Virus record (IMG/VR): IMGVR_UViG_3300028392_001993
Coordinates: 1-64,000 of that record
Direction: 5' to 3' (one strand)
DNA length: 64,000 nucleotides
Source of the DNA: a virus
Positions 1 through 10,700 of the stretch are shown here, piece by piece. How positions within the stretch are numbered: the first letter of the stretch is position 1; each line of letters opens with the position of its first letter. The notes below the pieces were generated by a model that was given only the letters and a program-made list of their open reading frames with translations, did no database searches and was not told the origin of the DNA. The translations under genes were made by a program, and so were the position numbers.

Positions 1-1271
1 CACTCTTGGTCAACACTCTGGCTCAAATGGATGCTGAAGTTTTACGGCCCTACGATGAACAACCAGACAAACCTGGCGCACCACAGACCGGCACAGGAAC
101 CTATGAACTGTTTGATAGACGCACTGGTGAGGCCATTCCCGACACTGAATTCTCTGCTCGCAATCAAGCAGATGTAAACACAAGATTAGATGATTATATC
201 AATTTTGGTCCCCACGGCATAGGCACAGTAGATGCTAGATTGGTGTTTGGTGCCAGACCCGTGGGTGATGCTGATCAAGGTACCCTGTCCAACAGTCTGC
301 GACCCACAGGTCCTGGACCTTGGGAAATCTACAACAGAGCGACTGGTAACTCGGCTGCTAACCTCAGTGTGGACGGCCGACCCATAACTGATCGTGCTCA
401 AGCACAACGCATGGCCATGGGAAGTATTGCCGCTGGACAACATGACAATTATGGCGTGAGAACTAGAGGCACACTTAGTGGGGCCAACATAGGCACACAA
501 ACCGACATGGAAAACCGCTTGGGTATGCCCAGTCAATCAGAGGACGCCAACTATGCAGTTGTGGATCGCCAAACTCTTGACCCGGTGTTTAGATTCCGTG
601 CAGCCGATAGAACCCAAGCCAATAGAATCTATGGTCTTTGGCTGACAGCCGCAGGCCTGCCCCAAACCACCGAAGACTACGGATTCCAAGAGATCAGACC
701 CGAATCTGTTGCTCAGCGACCTTCTGAAATCGCACGTGACTGGCGCATAGTGGATCGTGCGACTGACGAGACACTCAACACCGTACGTGGTGCCAGTCAG
801 GATCAGGCCCTGGCAGTGCGAGCCGACACAGCCCGCAGACATGGTGTTGATGCCAGTCAACTGAGCCTGCAGGTGATATTCAATCCAGCCGCGACCAATG
901 CGTCTGGTATCGTAGATCAGCGCAGTGACAGAACTGATGGCCGCAACACGGATTACTCATTCAGAGACTTGTTTGGCACCAACCCCACAGCAGATCAACA
1001 GCAGGGTGGCATAGTTGATGTGGCACCCGATGTGGCACAGAACTTCCCACAGGCTTCGGACAATGTGTATGGTGCAACAGGTCGCGCCAGTTCGGCACCA
1101 GCAGGCAATCAGTTTTCGGGACAGTGGCGGGTGGTTGATGTTCAGGGCCGTGAAGTATATCGTTTCCGTGGTGTGGGCAATAGTCAAGCCGATGCCAATA
1201 GAATTGCTTCATTATGGGCCATAGAAAACAACTATCGTGGCAACCTTCAAGTGTTACCGGTGATGATATGA
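1..1271 (+). CDS. Large virion-type protein with internal repeated domain (5'-truncated by window)
   Basis: ORF is open to the window edge; five copies of a W/Y-x-I/V-x-D-R...A-x-R motif; stop overlaps next ATG (ATGA). Confidence 0.7.
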   Translation, partial: LLVNTLAQMDAEVLRPYDEQPDKPGAPQTGTGTYELFDRRTGEAIPDTEFSARNQADVNTRLDDYINFGPHGIGTVDARLVFGARPVGDADQGTLSNSLRPTGPGPWEIYNRATGNSAANLSVDGRPITDRAQAQRMAMGSIAAGQHDNYGVRTRGTLSGANIGTQTDMENRLGMPSQSEDANYAVVDRQTLDPVFRFRAADRTQANRIYGLWLTAAGLPQTTEDYGFQEIRPESVAQRPSEIARDWRIVDRATDETLNTVRGASQDQALAVRADTARRHGVDASQLSLQVIFNPAATNASGIVDQRSDRTDGRNTDYSFRDLFGTNPTADQQQGGIVDVAPDVAQNFPQASDNVYGATGRASSAPAGNQFSGQWRVVDVQGREVYRFRGVGNSQADANRIASLWAIENNYRGNLQVLPVMI

Positions 1272-3328
1272 TCCTAACAGACTTGTTTGAATCCCAAGAA
1301 ATACACAACCAAGATCGACTGGATCAGGTGCTGGCACGTTGTATTGAAATGGTACACGAAAAAAATCGCGCCAATCCCAAAAAATATGGTAAGGTAGCGG
1401 CCTGTATCATTGACATGAAAAATCGCAAAGTGTTTGGCATAAACTCGCCTGGTGCCAATGGCACACGACGTCATGCTGAACGTGTGGCTATAGATGCTTA
1501 TCACAAGCGATATGGCAAGATCCTGCCTGGCGCCATTATTGTCACAACACTGAGTCCTTGCAACAGACCCATGGCCGAACGTGATGGTCCCAGTTGCCAA
1601 GACCTGCTGATGCAAGCGGGTATCGAAAAAGTCTATTCAGGCTATATGGATCCTAGTCAACATAGTGATCATCCATTCACAGAAGAAACAACCAAGAATG
1701 ATCAGTTGTGGGAGATCTGCAAACAACTCAGCGATAGTTTTGTACATGATGACCTTACAGAAGGTACTGAAAACCGTGCTGATGCTCAACAAGTGTTGGA
1801 CTATATTCATGGCACACACCATGAAAAGCTCACTCGAGAATTACAACGTGCAGTATTGAGCTATCCACAGTGGCAATTGAAAACTGTGCTATTACGCAGT
1901 TTACACATTCCTGACCAAGAGTATGACGATGAAGAACAAGAGCCCGAAGCGGATCCCTACAACCGAGTACAGGTAATAGACCCCGAACATGCCGGCGAAT
2001 ACAGCGCAAACTTTGTGGACAGTAGACCCATTGTGGTTGATCGTGAAGGTTGGATCATAGATGGCAATCACAGAGCCTGGGCTGCCGCAGAGTTATTGAA
2101 CAAAGACAGTATCAAAGCATGGGTTCCGGTTAAGAAACAAGGCGTAACAGAAGCCTTTGATCAACCTTATGCTGTTGAATGGAGCAAACAAAATGGTGAC
2201 TGGCATGCCACAGCCGACTTGGATGACGGCAGTGAACTGATTGTGTTGTTCATGGCACAAGGCGACAACAGCTGGATGGTAGAGTTTGAGCGTGACGAAA
2301 ACATGGACATCACCGGCGAAGGCGATGCTCCTCGTGTGTTTGCCACGGTGTTGACTGCTATGCAACAATTCATTGCCAAGCGTAAACCAGCAATGTTGAA
2401 TTTCAGCGCAGAGAAAGAAGACGACCCCACAGGCAGTAGAGCCCGACTGTATGATAGAATGATTCAGCGTTATATCACTGGTAGTGGTTACGATTTGACA
2501 AGAAAAGATGTGCCAGGTGGCGCAACTTATACGCTGACAAAACAAGCGCCGGGTGTGGCGGAAGGCTTGGATGATAATAGAGTTAGTTTTAAGGTACAAA
2601 AAGGTAAAAACAAATTTGCAACTACTTTAAGTGTTGGTGTTAACCCAGTAGGAGTATACCAATATGATGCTGATACAGGTCGTAGTGTGGCCGAGGTTTA
2701 TCCAGAATTCAAAGGCAAAGGATTAGGTAAATTATTAGTTTTACATGCTATCTATACCGCGGCCAAATTGGGATTAGATTTCCAAGAAGATGAATCAAGA
2801 ACTTCAGAGTATGATAATGTATTAGATAGTTTGAGTAGCAACGGTTATATTGTAGATGACGATGGTTATTGGTATGTTACCGGCGAAGGTGAACAATATC
2901 TACAACACTCATTAAAGCAAGGTGTGGCGGAAGGCGTCTATCGCGGCGACTGGGTACGACATCCAGACAATCCATGGCAGATAGGTCAAATACAAAGTAT
3001 TGACAATGGTCAAGCCGCGGTCATATGGAAAAAGACTGACAAAAGAAAGAAGGCAATGTCATCAACTCATGCAGTTGATGCCCTACAACATGCCAGGCGT
3101 GAGTTCTCTCAATTGACACAACCCACACATACACCGGGTATGGCAGAAAACTTTGCTGATGGTAAAAACCCTGGCCGCAAAGGACTTGCCAAACGCTCAG
3201 GTGTCAATACCAAAGCAAGTGTTAGCACTTTGAGAAATGTTGCCAAACATTCAACAGGTGAGAAGCAACGCATGGCACATTGGTTGGCCAACATGAAGGC
3301 TGGTAGAGCAAAGGCACGTAAAAAATGA
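1268..3328 (+). CDS. Multi-domain polyprotein: Zn-deaminase, ParB/Srx-like, unknown alpha/beta domain, GNAT-like, SH3-like, conserved basic C-terminus
   Basis: ATG at 1268 overlaps upstream stop; HAE...PC...C deaminase motif; IIDGNHR ParB motif; PEFKGKGLG acetyl-CoA-binding GNAT motif; linkers DLTEG, QGVTEA, PGVAEG, QGVAEG, PGMAEN. Confidence 0.75.
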   Translation: MILTDLFESQEIHNQDRLDQVLARCIEMVHEKNRANPKKYGKVAACIIDMKNRKVFGINSPGANGTRRHAERVAIDAYHKRYGKILPGAIIVTTLSPCNRPMAERDGPSCQDLLMQAGIEKVYSGYMDPSQHSDHPFTEETTKNDQLWEICKQLSDSFVHDDLTEGTENRADAQQVLDYIHGTHHEKLTRELQRAVLSYPQWQLKTVLLRSLHIPDQEYDDEEQEPEADPYNRVQVIDPEHAGEYSANFVDSRPIVVDREGWIIDGNHRAWAAAELLNKDSIKAWVPVKKQGVTEAFDQPYAVEWSKQNGDWHATADLDDGSELIVLFMAQGDNSWMVEFERDENMDITGEGDAPRVFATVLTAMQQFIAKRKPAMLNFSAEKEDDPTGSRARLYDRMIQRYITGSGYDLTRKDVPGGATYTLTKQAPGVAEGLDDNRVSFKVQKGKNKFATTLSVGVNPVGVYQYDADTGRSVAEVYPEFKGKGLGKLLVLHAIYTAAKLGLDFQEDESRTSEYDNVLDSLSSNGYIVDDDGYWYVTGEGEQYLQHSLKQGVAEGVYRGDWVRHPDNPWQIGQIQSIDNGQAAVIWKKTDKRKKAMSSTHAVDALQHARREFSQLTQPTHTPGMAENFADGKNPGRKGLAKRSGVNTKASVSTLRNVAKHSTGEKQRMAHWLANMKAGRAKARKK
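2552..2566 (+). repeat. GGTGTGGCGGAAGGC direct repeat, copy 1 (encodes GVAEG)
   Basis: Identical 15-mer at 2921-2935; 13-nt core again at 7938-7950. Confidence 0.9.
2921..2935 (+). repeat. GGTGTGGCGGAAGGC direct repeat, copy 2
   Basis: Exact match to 2552-2566; with copy 1 it brackets the GNAT domain. Confidence 0.9.
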
Positions 3329-3765
3329 AAATCTCAGAAGTATTCAACCAGCCCTATGCTTTTAGATGGGACAGCGACAGTGATAACGACACTTACAATG
3401 CTCATACACGACTGCCTGACGGCACCAATCTAACAATCAATTTCTATACCGATCCTGGTGTTGACGGCGATGAAGATTGGGTGGTTGAATTTTGGCGTGG
3501 CAGCCGTTTGGACATTTCCGGAGCCGGTGATCAACAGCGTGTGTTTGCCACAGTGCTAACAGCAATTGGCCAATTCATAGAAATGCAAGAACCTGAAACC
3601 CTGCGGTTCACAGCACACAAAGATGTTGAGCCTGGACAAAAGCCCATGAGCCGAAGCAACCTCTACGACCGACTGGTGCAACGCTATGCTCAAGCCTGGG
3701 GTTATAGATTGGATCGCAGTGACATGGCCGACACCACCGTTTACTTACTGTATAGAATAAGATGA
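3325..3765 (+). CDS. Hypothetical virion-type protein, stand-alone paralog of an internal domain of 1268-3328
   Basis: Shares F(D/N)QPYA-x-x-W, G(E/A)GD..RVFATVL.A..QFI and SR..LYDR..QRY with the upstream polyprotein. Confidence 0.75.
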   Translation: MKISEVFNQPYAFRWDSDSDNDTYNAHTRLPDGTNLTINFYTDPGVDGDEDWVVEFWRGSRLDISGAGDQQRVFATVLTAIGQFIEMQEPETLRFTAHKDVEPGQKPMSRSNLYDRLVQRYAQAWGYRLDRSDMADTTVYLLYRIR

Positions 3766-3986
3766 TACCATACCAAAATAGCCACCGAGGCTCACAATAC
3801 AACTTACAGGAATCAGTTGCACCCGGATTCCATGTGTATCAAGCCCGAGTCAAAGTCAAAAATGAGTTGTACACCAATTCAATGGATGTGGCCATATTTG
3901 CCAAGAATCCCTCAATGGCACGCCAACTGCTGATGGCCCAGTACGGTAAAGAAAGTGTGATCACGGCTGTGGTACAAATCGCATAA
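3762..3986 (+). CDS. Hypothetical protein
   Basis: 74-aa ORF translationally coupled (ATGA) to upstream gene. Confidence 0.6.
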   Translation: MIPYQNSHRGSQYNLQESVAPGFHVYQARVKVKNELYTNSMDVAIFAKNPSMARQLLMAQYGKESVITAVVQIA

Positions 3987-4023
3987 TAACACCTTGTGTG
4001 TGGTTTGTTACTAATTAAGTACA

Positions 4024-4923
4024 ATGACTGAAAAAATTCACTTAGACAAACTTGAGTTCTACATTACCAATGTATGTAATCTCACCTGTTCAAACTGCAA
4101 CAGATACAACAACTTTCACTTTCGAGGCTGGGCCAAGTGGGATGACTACGCCGAAGATCTAGAACGACTGAGTCATCGTGTGCATGTGCAGAAGCCAGTT
4201 ATTCTAGGCGGAGAGCCACTGCTGAACCCTGACATTGTGAAGTGGATCAGAGGCTTACAACGTTTATGGCCCAACAGTTACTCCGCGCAAATACAAAGTA
4301 ACGGCACTAGAATCGATCGTGTGCCAGGGTTGTATGAAGCACTACAAGAGGTCGCTGGTAGTTGGATTGGTGTTAGTATACATCGACCTGAGGATCGTGA
4401 AGAAATATTTGTCAGGATCCGTAAATTTCTACAAGGCGATATAACCTACAGTGAAGACCCAAACAACTCAATGGGTAGTGTATATCAATTCAGAGACACT
4501 AACGGTGTTGAAGTACATGTATGGAACAATGACATGTTTGGCAACACAAACATACTTGAGCAGCCTAATGGTCGATTTGGACTTTACAATAGCGATCCCG
4601 ATCGTGCTCACGAAATCTGTTCATTTAGAAAATGGAAAAATTATCACTGGATAAATGGAAAAATTTACAAATGCGGTCCAGTGGCCTTGATGCCTGAATT
4701 TGATCAACAACATCAATTTGATATTAGTAATGAAGACCGAGAAATCCTAAATGGATATCGTGGACTGAGTATGGACGAGTTTGATTCGCGTGGTCAAGAA
4801 TTTTTCAACACCATTGACAATGTTATTCCACAATGCAAGTTTTGCCCAGAATCTATAGAATATCGTCCAGTATACTTTACCAATACCAAAAAGTCATGGC
4901 GTGTTGAATCAGTGACCGCTTGA
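4024..4923 (+). CDS. Radical SAM protein
   Basis: CNLTCSNC, GGEPLL, QSNG motifs; paralog of 57153-58187. Confidence 0.85.
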   Translation: MTEKIHLDKLEFYITNVCNLTCSNCNRYNNFHFRGWAKWDDYAEDLERLSHRVHVQKPVILGGEPLLNPDIVKWIRGLQRLWPNSYSAQIQSNGTRIDRVPGLYEALQEVAGSWIGVSIHRPEDREEIFVRIRKFLQGDITYSEDPNNSMGSVYQFRDTNGVEVHVWNNDMFGNTNILEQPNGRFGLYNSDPDRAHEICSFRKWKNYHWINGKIYKCGPVALMPEFDQQHQFDISNEDREILNGYRGLSMDEFDSRGQEFFNTIDNVIPQCKFCPESIEYRPVYFTNTKKSWRVESVTA

Positions 4924-5943
4924 TCCGCAACTGGTAACACAGGTATAAAGTCGGCCTTCAGCAATGCTGGGTCGTGCCCAAGTTTCATCCACACGATCAA
5001 ACCAGGCCAGGCAATGTGCCAGATCATACTCCAGGGCATTGTTCTCTTGCACTAGATCTTTCAGTTGTGTATTGCCTGCGTGATGCATTTGCTTGGGATA
5101 AAATCCTGTAAAGCAACAAGGATATACTGATCCATCGGCAGCAATGTAAATTTCTCGATTCTTCAAGTGTTTGCAATTGTATTCAATATTGGGTTTGTCT
5201 TGTGGAATTGAATCTTTGCTGACTGCAAACCAGGTCACGTGTCCTTCGAGCAGGTACTTGACTGGTGGCACTCCGTCAGCATATTCATTTTTGCCCAAGT
5301 AGTGGCTGTATTCGCCTGCTCTGGTAAAAACAGGACCAGTGTCTCTGCCATCATAGATATTTTCAAAACGCCAAAAGCCCATCTTTTCTGCCATGGCTCT
5401 GCACTCTGCTTCTTGATGACGATTGTGCTCAAACGGAACAAAACGCCAGATGGCACGCCCACCTGCATTGATATATGCCTGTGCATTTTCTATCACACGA
5501 TTCCAGTCTGTATCCTGACGATATAATCCGTGTGTGTCAGCAAGCCCGTCTATGGCAAATCCAATCTGTACCCCCGGTAGGGCCAATCGTGCCCACCATG
5601 CAGGACTACGCAAACTGCCATTGGTGTTGATGTTTACTGTGACTCTGTTTGCTACAACATATTCAACAATTTCTGCACCGTCTTTTGATAGAGCAAAATC
5701 TCCCAGGTTACCATTGAAGTTAACTCCTGTCCCGGGACGATCTGTATCTAGATGAACCCCTGTTAACTGTTTTAAAAATTCAGGAGTAAAAATATGACGG
5801 AATTGGGCCAATGAAAGTTCAACGTCAGGATACCCACTATTGTAATCACTGCCGCGATAGTTTCGCATACACATAGGGCATCGTGCATTGCACCGTGTGG
5901 TCAATTCCACGTGTGCTGTGCGTATTTGATCAAGTTTAAGCAT
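4909..5943 (-). CDS. Radical SAM protein with C-terminal SPASM/twitch-like cysteines
   Basis: CNARCPMC, NTNG, DGSVYPCC. Confidence 0.85.
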   Translation of the reverse strand: MLKLDQIRTAHVELTTRCNARCPMCMRNYRGSDYNSGYPDVELSLAQFRHIFTPEFLKQLTGVHLDTDRPGTGVNFNGNLGDFALSKDGAEIVEYVVANRVTVNINTNGSLRSPAWWARLALPGVQIGFAIDGLADTHGLYRQDTDWNRVIENAQAYINAGGRAIWRFVPFEHNRHQEAECRAMAEKMGFWRFENIYDGRDTGPVFTRAGEYSHYLGKNEYADGVPPVKYLLEGHVTWFAVSKDSIPQDKPNIEYNCKHLKNREIYIAADGSVYPCCFTGFYPKQMHHAGNTQLKDLVQENNALEYDLAHCLAWFDRVDETWARPSIAEGRLYTCVTSCGSSGH

Positions 5944-5982
5944 CGTTAGATATTTATAGGCGTAGTTTTTGCTAAATATTAT

Positions 5983-6288
5983 ATGCGAACAGAATTTGTA
6001 TTAGCACTAACTGATGTGTATTGTAGCTGGTCGGGAGAGCCGCCACGCTATAGATGTTATGTCAACGACGAATTGTTTACAGAACGTACCTGGATATGGA
6101 CCGAGCATTATCTAGAAGAACAGTTACAAATACTAGCCAAGCCCGGACAATATCGCATACACTATGAGTTGGTTGACACTGAAACTGCTAAAATGAAAAT
6201 CAACAACTATAGAATCAAGCACGGTCCTGCTAGTGTGGATCAAAAAGGCAACATAACAATTCAGGAATCCAACTATGAGAATGCATGA
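5983..6288 (+). CDS. Hypothetical protein
   Basis: 101-aa ORF preceded by CTAAATA late-promoter-like sequence; in operon with downstream genes. Confidence 0.6.
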   Translation: MRTEFVLALTDVYCSWSGEPPRYRCYVNDELFTERTWIWTEHYLEEQLQILAKPGQYRIHYELVDTETAKMKINNYRIKHGPASVDQKGNITIQESNYENA

Positions 6289-6493
6289 AATAATGGAAAC
6301 CGCGTCTGCAGGCACCAGCTGTGCAGGTGGCGTGGCCCCTGTGGCAATGCCATTAGGCATGGTATCAAGAAATGGCGGATCAATGCTGTCAGGTAAATAT
6401 GTAACGAGTTCGGATCCCACCCCAAACACGCCCAAGGAATACAAAAGGAATAAGAATGCTCGCGGACAGTTTAAAAATTCTATTAGCAACTGA
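6275..6493 (+). CDS. Small hypothetical virion-type protein
   Basis: N-terminus MRMHEIMET resembles other putative capsid-targeting starts; overlaps both neighbours. Confidence 0.55.
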   Translation: MRMHEIMETASAGTSCAGGVAPVAMPLGMVSRNGGSMLSGKYVTSSDPTPNTPKEYKRNKNARGQFKNSISN

Positions 6494-6899
6494 ATATGCC
6501 TTCAGTATCAAGGCTCAGCTGTTTCACTGGAATGTGGAAGGCCCTGACTTTGCACAACTGCACGAGTTTTTTGGTAACTTATACGAAGAAGTCTATGACG
6601 GTAGTATAGACAAAACAGCAGAATACATTCGAGCACTGGGAGATTACTCCCCTGGCAGCTTTGAACGTTTCTCTGAACTTTCAACTATCAAAGGACAAAC
6701 AAAGATTCCACGTGCCCGTCTCATGATCGAAGAACTGTTGGCCAACAACAACCAACTGCTTGATCTACTCAACGAAACATTTGCCACTGCTGAACAAGAG
6801 AATCAGCAAGGCATTGCAAATTTTATAGCAGAACGCATTGATGCTCAACAAAAGCACGGCTGGATGCTGAGAAGTTTCTTGAAAGACGAAAGAGCATGA
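6456..6899 (+). CDS. dps: Dps / ferritin-like DNA starvation protein
   Basis: HWNVEGPDF..LHE.F...YEE....D..AE.IR.LG and QKHGWML Dps motifs. Confidence 0.9.
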   Translation: MLADSLKILLATEYAFSIKAQLFHWNVEGPDFAQLHEFFGNLYEEVYDGSIDKTAEYIRALGDYSPGSFERFSELSTIKGQTKIPRARLMIEELLANNNQLLDLLNETFATAEQENQQGIANFIAERIDAQQKHGWMLRSFLKDERA

Positions 6900-7726
6900 C
6901 GGATCCGATTTATAAGATAATTGAGCGCCTGGCCTTGATTGAGGGCAAGACAACCCCAGTTGCAGTCAAGCACGGCTTGAACCAACAACAAAAAGCAGCC
7001 GGACAATTGCCGGCCTTGTTCAAGCCAACTGATATTAGTCCTACACTGACCAAGAAACCTTATCAAAATCACCCCATGGACGGTCGACTGGTTGGTGACT
7101 CTGTTGAGCCCAAGAAGCCCAGTCTTGAAGAAGCCATGCAAGAAGTTGAAGAAGACATGGTTAGCAAGGTCAAACAAAACTTTGCTGATTATCTTGAGAA
7201 GTTGGAAAAACAAAATCACCTCGACAGTCATTTGGTTCGTAAAGCCAAACACGATCTTGAAATTGGCGATGATCAAGAAGTAGACGAAGACGACTATGAA
7301 CCCGATATGACAGGTGATATAGAACATGATATCAAAGCAAACCCAGTTACCGCTTTAGGAACAGGAACGGTATTAGGACTAATAGGTATGGAAGAAGCCA
7401 CCTGGGACGCTGATGTAGCACCCATTGGTGATCCTGCTGACACAGAAGTAGCACACGGTGTTGAAGATCACATAGCAGCCTCAGTGGCAGCACCGGCAGC
7501 GCCGATGTCGGCGGTGAGTGAATCACCAGCAAGAACATACACCTTAAAAGATGGCACGTGCCTTGAGTGCTGGGGCGATGATGACAACGGTTACGAAGTC
7601 CGCCACGGTGAGCGCAAGTTACCCACACGTTTTCCCCGCATTGACCATGCTGACATGGCAGTAAAACTGTTTCAAAAGCGTAGACAGAAACAGGATCTAT
7701 CCCAAGATTATATAGAAGAACGATAA
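6896..7726 (+). CDS. Hypothetical acidic virion-type protein
   Basis: 276-aa ORF coupled to dps; several x-x-E linker-like sites (LIEG, SLEEA, GMEEA, AVSES). Confidence 0.65.
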   Translation: MTDPIYKIIERLALIEGKTTPVAVKHGLNQQQKAAGQLPALFKPTDISPTLTKKPYQNHPMDGRLVGDSVEPKKPSLEEAMQEVEEDMVSKVKQNFADYLEKLEKQNHLDSHLVRKAKHDLEIGDDQEVDEDDYEPDMTGDIEHDIKANPVTALGTGTVLGLIGMEEATWDADVAPIGDPADTEVAHGVEDHIAASVAAPAAPMSAVSESPARTYTLKDGTCLECWGDDDNGYEVRHGERKLPTRFPRIDHADMAVKLFQKRRQKQDLSQDYIEER

Positions 7727-7727
7727 T

Positions 7728-10700
7728 ATGATAGTAGACCAATTATTCACACCCAAGCCTCTCAAAGAAGGTGGCCCATATGACTTGCCAGGCAAGGACT
7801 ATGACCGTCCTGGTGATACTCCGCGCAAAGCACCCGCTAGCGATGAACACAATCCCTATCCTTTCAGTCCGGAAGAGGATGATGATTACTTCCGTGAAAT
7901 CTTCCGCAAGAAGCGTGAAGCGGCCGCTAAAGATCAAGGTGTGGCGGAAGATTATCGTGACAGCCCAAGGGCCGGAATAGATCCAGACTTTGATTCCTTG
8001 CTTCTTCGCAGAGATGCTAGGCGCAAGGGCATGACTGTGGCTCAATATAAACATTATCTAGCAACACAGGATCAAGACAGAGAATATGAATTGACCATTG
8101 GCCCAGCGGCTCGCGCAGAATTAAAACGTCAAGCAGATGAGATTGCAGAATTAAAACGTCAGCAGTTGCGACAAGAACGTTTAGAAGATGAAGCCGCGGC
8201 ACATCAACGTTATACAGAAAAAGCCGAACGTGAGATGGAAATGGAAAAGATCCGCAAGGCTTACCAACATGAACTTAATGTAATCAATAACAAACATACA
8301 AATAGTTTACAGACATTAAATGCAGAAAACTCACACGACATACGTAAGTTATCAATACAACAACAACACGAGTTGACTATGCTAAAAGCAAATCAACCCG
8401 AACGTCCTACACGCCCACAAAGACCCGGTCGCCCACAGCGACCCACTGCAGAACCCGAAGATGACTTTGAACCAGAACCTGAGATCAGTGTTAAACCAGC
8501 ACCAATGACGTCTAATAAACCCTCTATTGGTAATGCAAATTTTGATAGTGAAACCGGAAAACCATTAAAACCACAACAATGGCACACCAGCCAACAATTA
8601 CCATATAAAAAACCCCCAGCACTGGGTTATAAAAATGATGATGATGTAACTGATATTGAACCAAAAAAGTTAGGTGAAACTGGTATTGATCGTGCAGTCA
8701 ATGACAAAGGTCTTACTCAACAACGATGGCTACAGTTAGTTCAAACTAAATTTCCAGACGCTAAAATTGTTTGTGCAAAAATGATTGACGGACCATGTCG
8801 TGCCACGTTGCCCGATGGTAAAACACTGTCTTGGGTCAAAGTAGACCAAGGTACTGATGGCAACAACAATAGCACAGGCGGTGTCAAGCCTGTTGGGACA
8901 GGCAAGTATAAGGCTTTACAAACAGGCATAGATCAGCGCAAAGCGGCCAGAGATAAGATGCAAGCATATGTTGCAACCCTTCCAACTTATACTAGAAAAG
9001 GCATGTCTGAAAGCAAACGCAACAAACAACGCCGACTAAACGAAGCCCTGCTCATGGAAGATCCTGTCTATCGCAGATTCAAGCGTGTGGGTCGTTATAT
9101 CGCGGAACAAAAATTAACTGAACCAGAAATCTTACAAATCTTCTCCGACGCCGAAGCAGGCATGACTGACAAGGCCACAGGCGCCAACCGCACTTTTGCA
9201 GGCCGTGGTAAAGATGCCACTGTGGACTTTGCCAAAGATGTAGCCGGTGCTGTTAAAGGCGTTCTCAACAGCATACAAAATTCAGTTCCTGTGGCCGCAG
9301 TTGACACGGCGTACGATCAGGCCACTGATGCTTTAGGCGACTTGGCTGGTGGACAAAAAGGTGCTGTGATGGATGCGATCAAGAAGTATCGCAATCTTGT
9401 GAAACAATATCCCAAGACAGCAGGCTTTGCCAAGGCTGCATTGGTAGCTATCGCTGGTCTTGCCACAGGCGGTGCTGGTTTGCCTGCTATTGCTGGATTA
9501 ACATACGCATTGGACTCAGCCATCAAAGGCGACAAGTTATCCAGTGTTATTGGTAAAGGTGCCGGAGCGGCCGCATTGGCGGCCGCTGGTCAAGCCATAC
9601 ACGGTGGAGCCACACAAACAGGACCTGCTGATACAAATGCATTTACCAATGTGAATCAAATGGGCGACCACACAGGCGAATACGTTGACATGCCGGACGG
9701 TTCCGATATAGTAAGTCCATTGGTAGCACCACCACCTGAACTTGCTACATATACTGTGCAATCGGGTGATACCTTGAGTCAAATTGCCCAGGCCAACAAT
9801 ACCACAGTACAAGAACTGGTTGGACTTAATCCACAACTGGCCGCCGCAAGCGGTGCCATAGGCGGACAAGGACTTAATCCTGATGTCATATTCCCTGGAC
9901 AACAAATCACATTGCCACCAGCAACACCCGGTGCAGATGTCTATGCTGGGGCAGTTGGTACCAATGCCAACACCATGGCTGATATTGCTCGTGGTCAAGT
10001 GCCCAACAGCGCAATCACACAAGGTATGGCTGCTAGAAATGCAGTAAGAGAATCCATCAAGTATCGTGCAAGAATTTTACATGCTGACAAACTAATCGAT
10101 CAAAAGGCTACAGTGCTGAACTGGGCCTTGAGCGAAAGCGTTGGTCGTAAGAGCAAGAGTGTTAACTTGACTACCTTAGGCACTTACACAGTATTTGAAA
10201 ACATCGACCGTTATCGCCGAGCAATTCTTGAAGCAACACAACCTGGTCGTCCTGAACTGCCAGATCAATATCGTCCAGACTTGCCAGGCGGCGCAGGAGT
10301 GCAATCACAGCCTGGTATGATTGGTCGTGGACTCAATTGGCTAGATAACAAAGCCAAAGCAGTAGGTGGAGCACTCAGCAACTTTGGACACCAATTTACT
10401 ACCAATGTCACAAAAGAAAAACTCAAGATGAACTGGCATCAAGCTGGCAAACCCAGTGATTCAGATCAATTGGCCGCCTGGTTGGTTGGTCAAGGTGTGC
10501 CGCAACAGGTTGTGACCAGTGTGTTTGGCAAGATGGGTATTCCATACACAGCGCCTACTACAGTACAACCAGCAGGTCAATCAGATGAACCAACCGCTAC
10601 TTCTACTGCCACAAGACAAATGCCATGGTACGGAAAAGATGCAAATGGTAAAGTACGTGATTCTGAATCATTACGTGCCCGCGGCAATGCTGAACTAGTT

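Noticed and set aside
8395-8460. PTRPQRPGRPQRP micro-repeat in the LysM protein
   Set aside because: Ordinary low-complexity linker with degenerate codons; no sign of a phase-variable tract.
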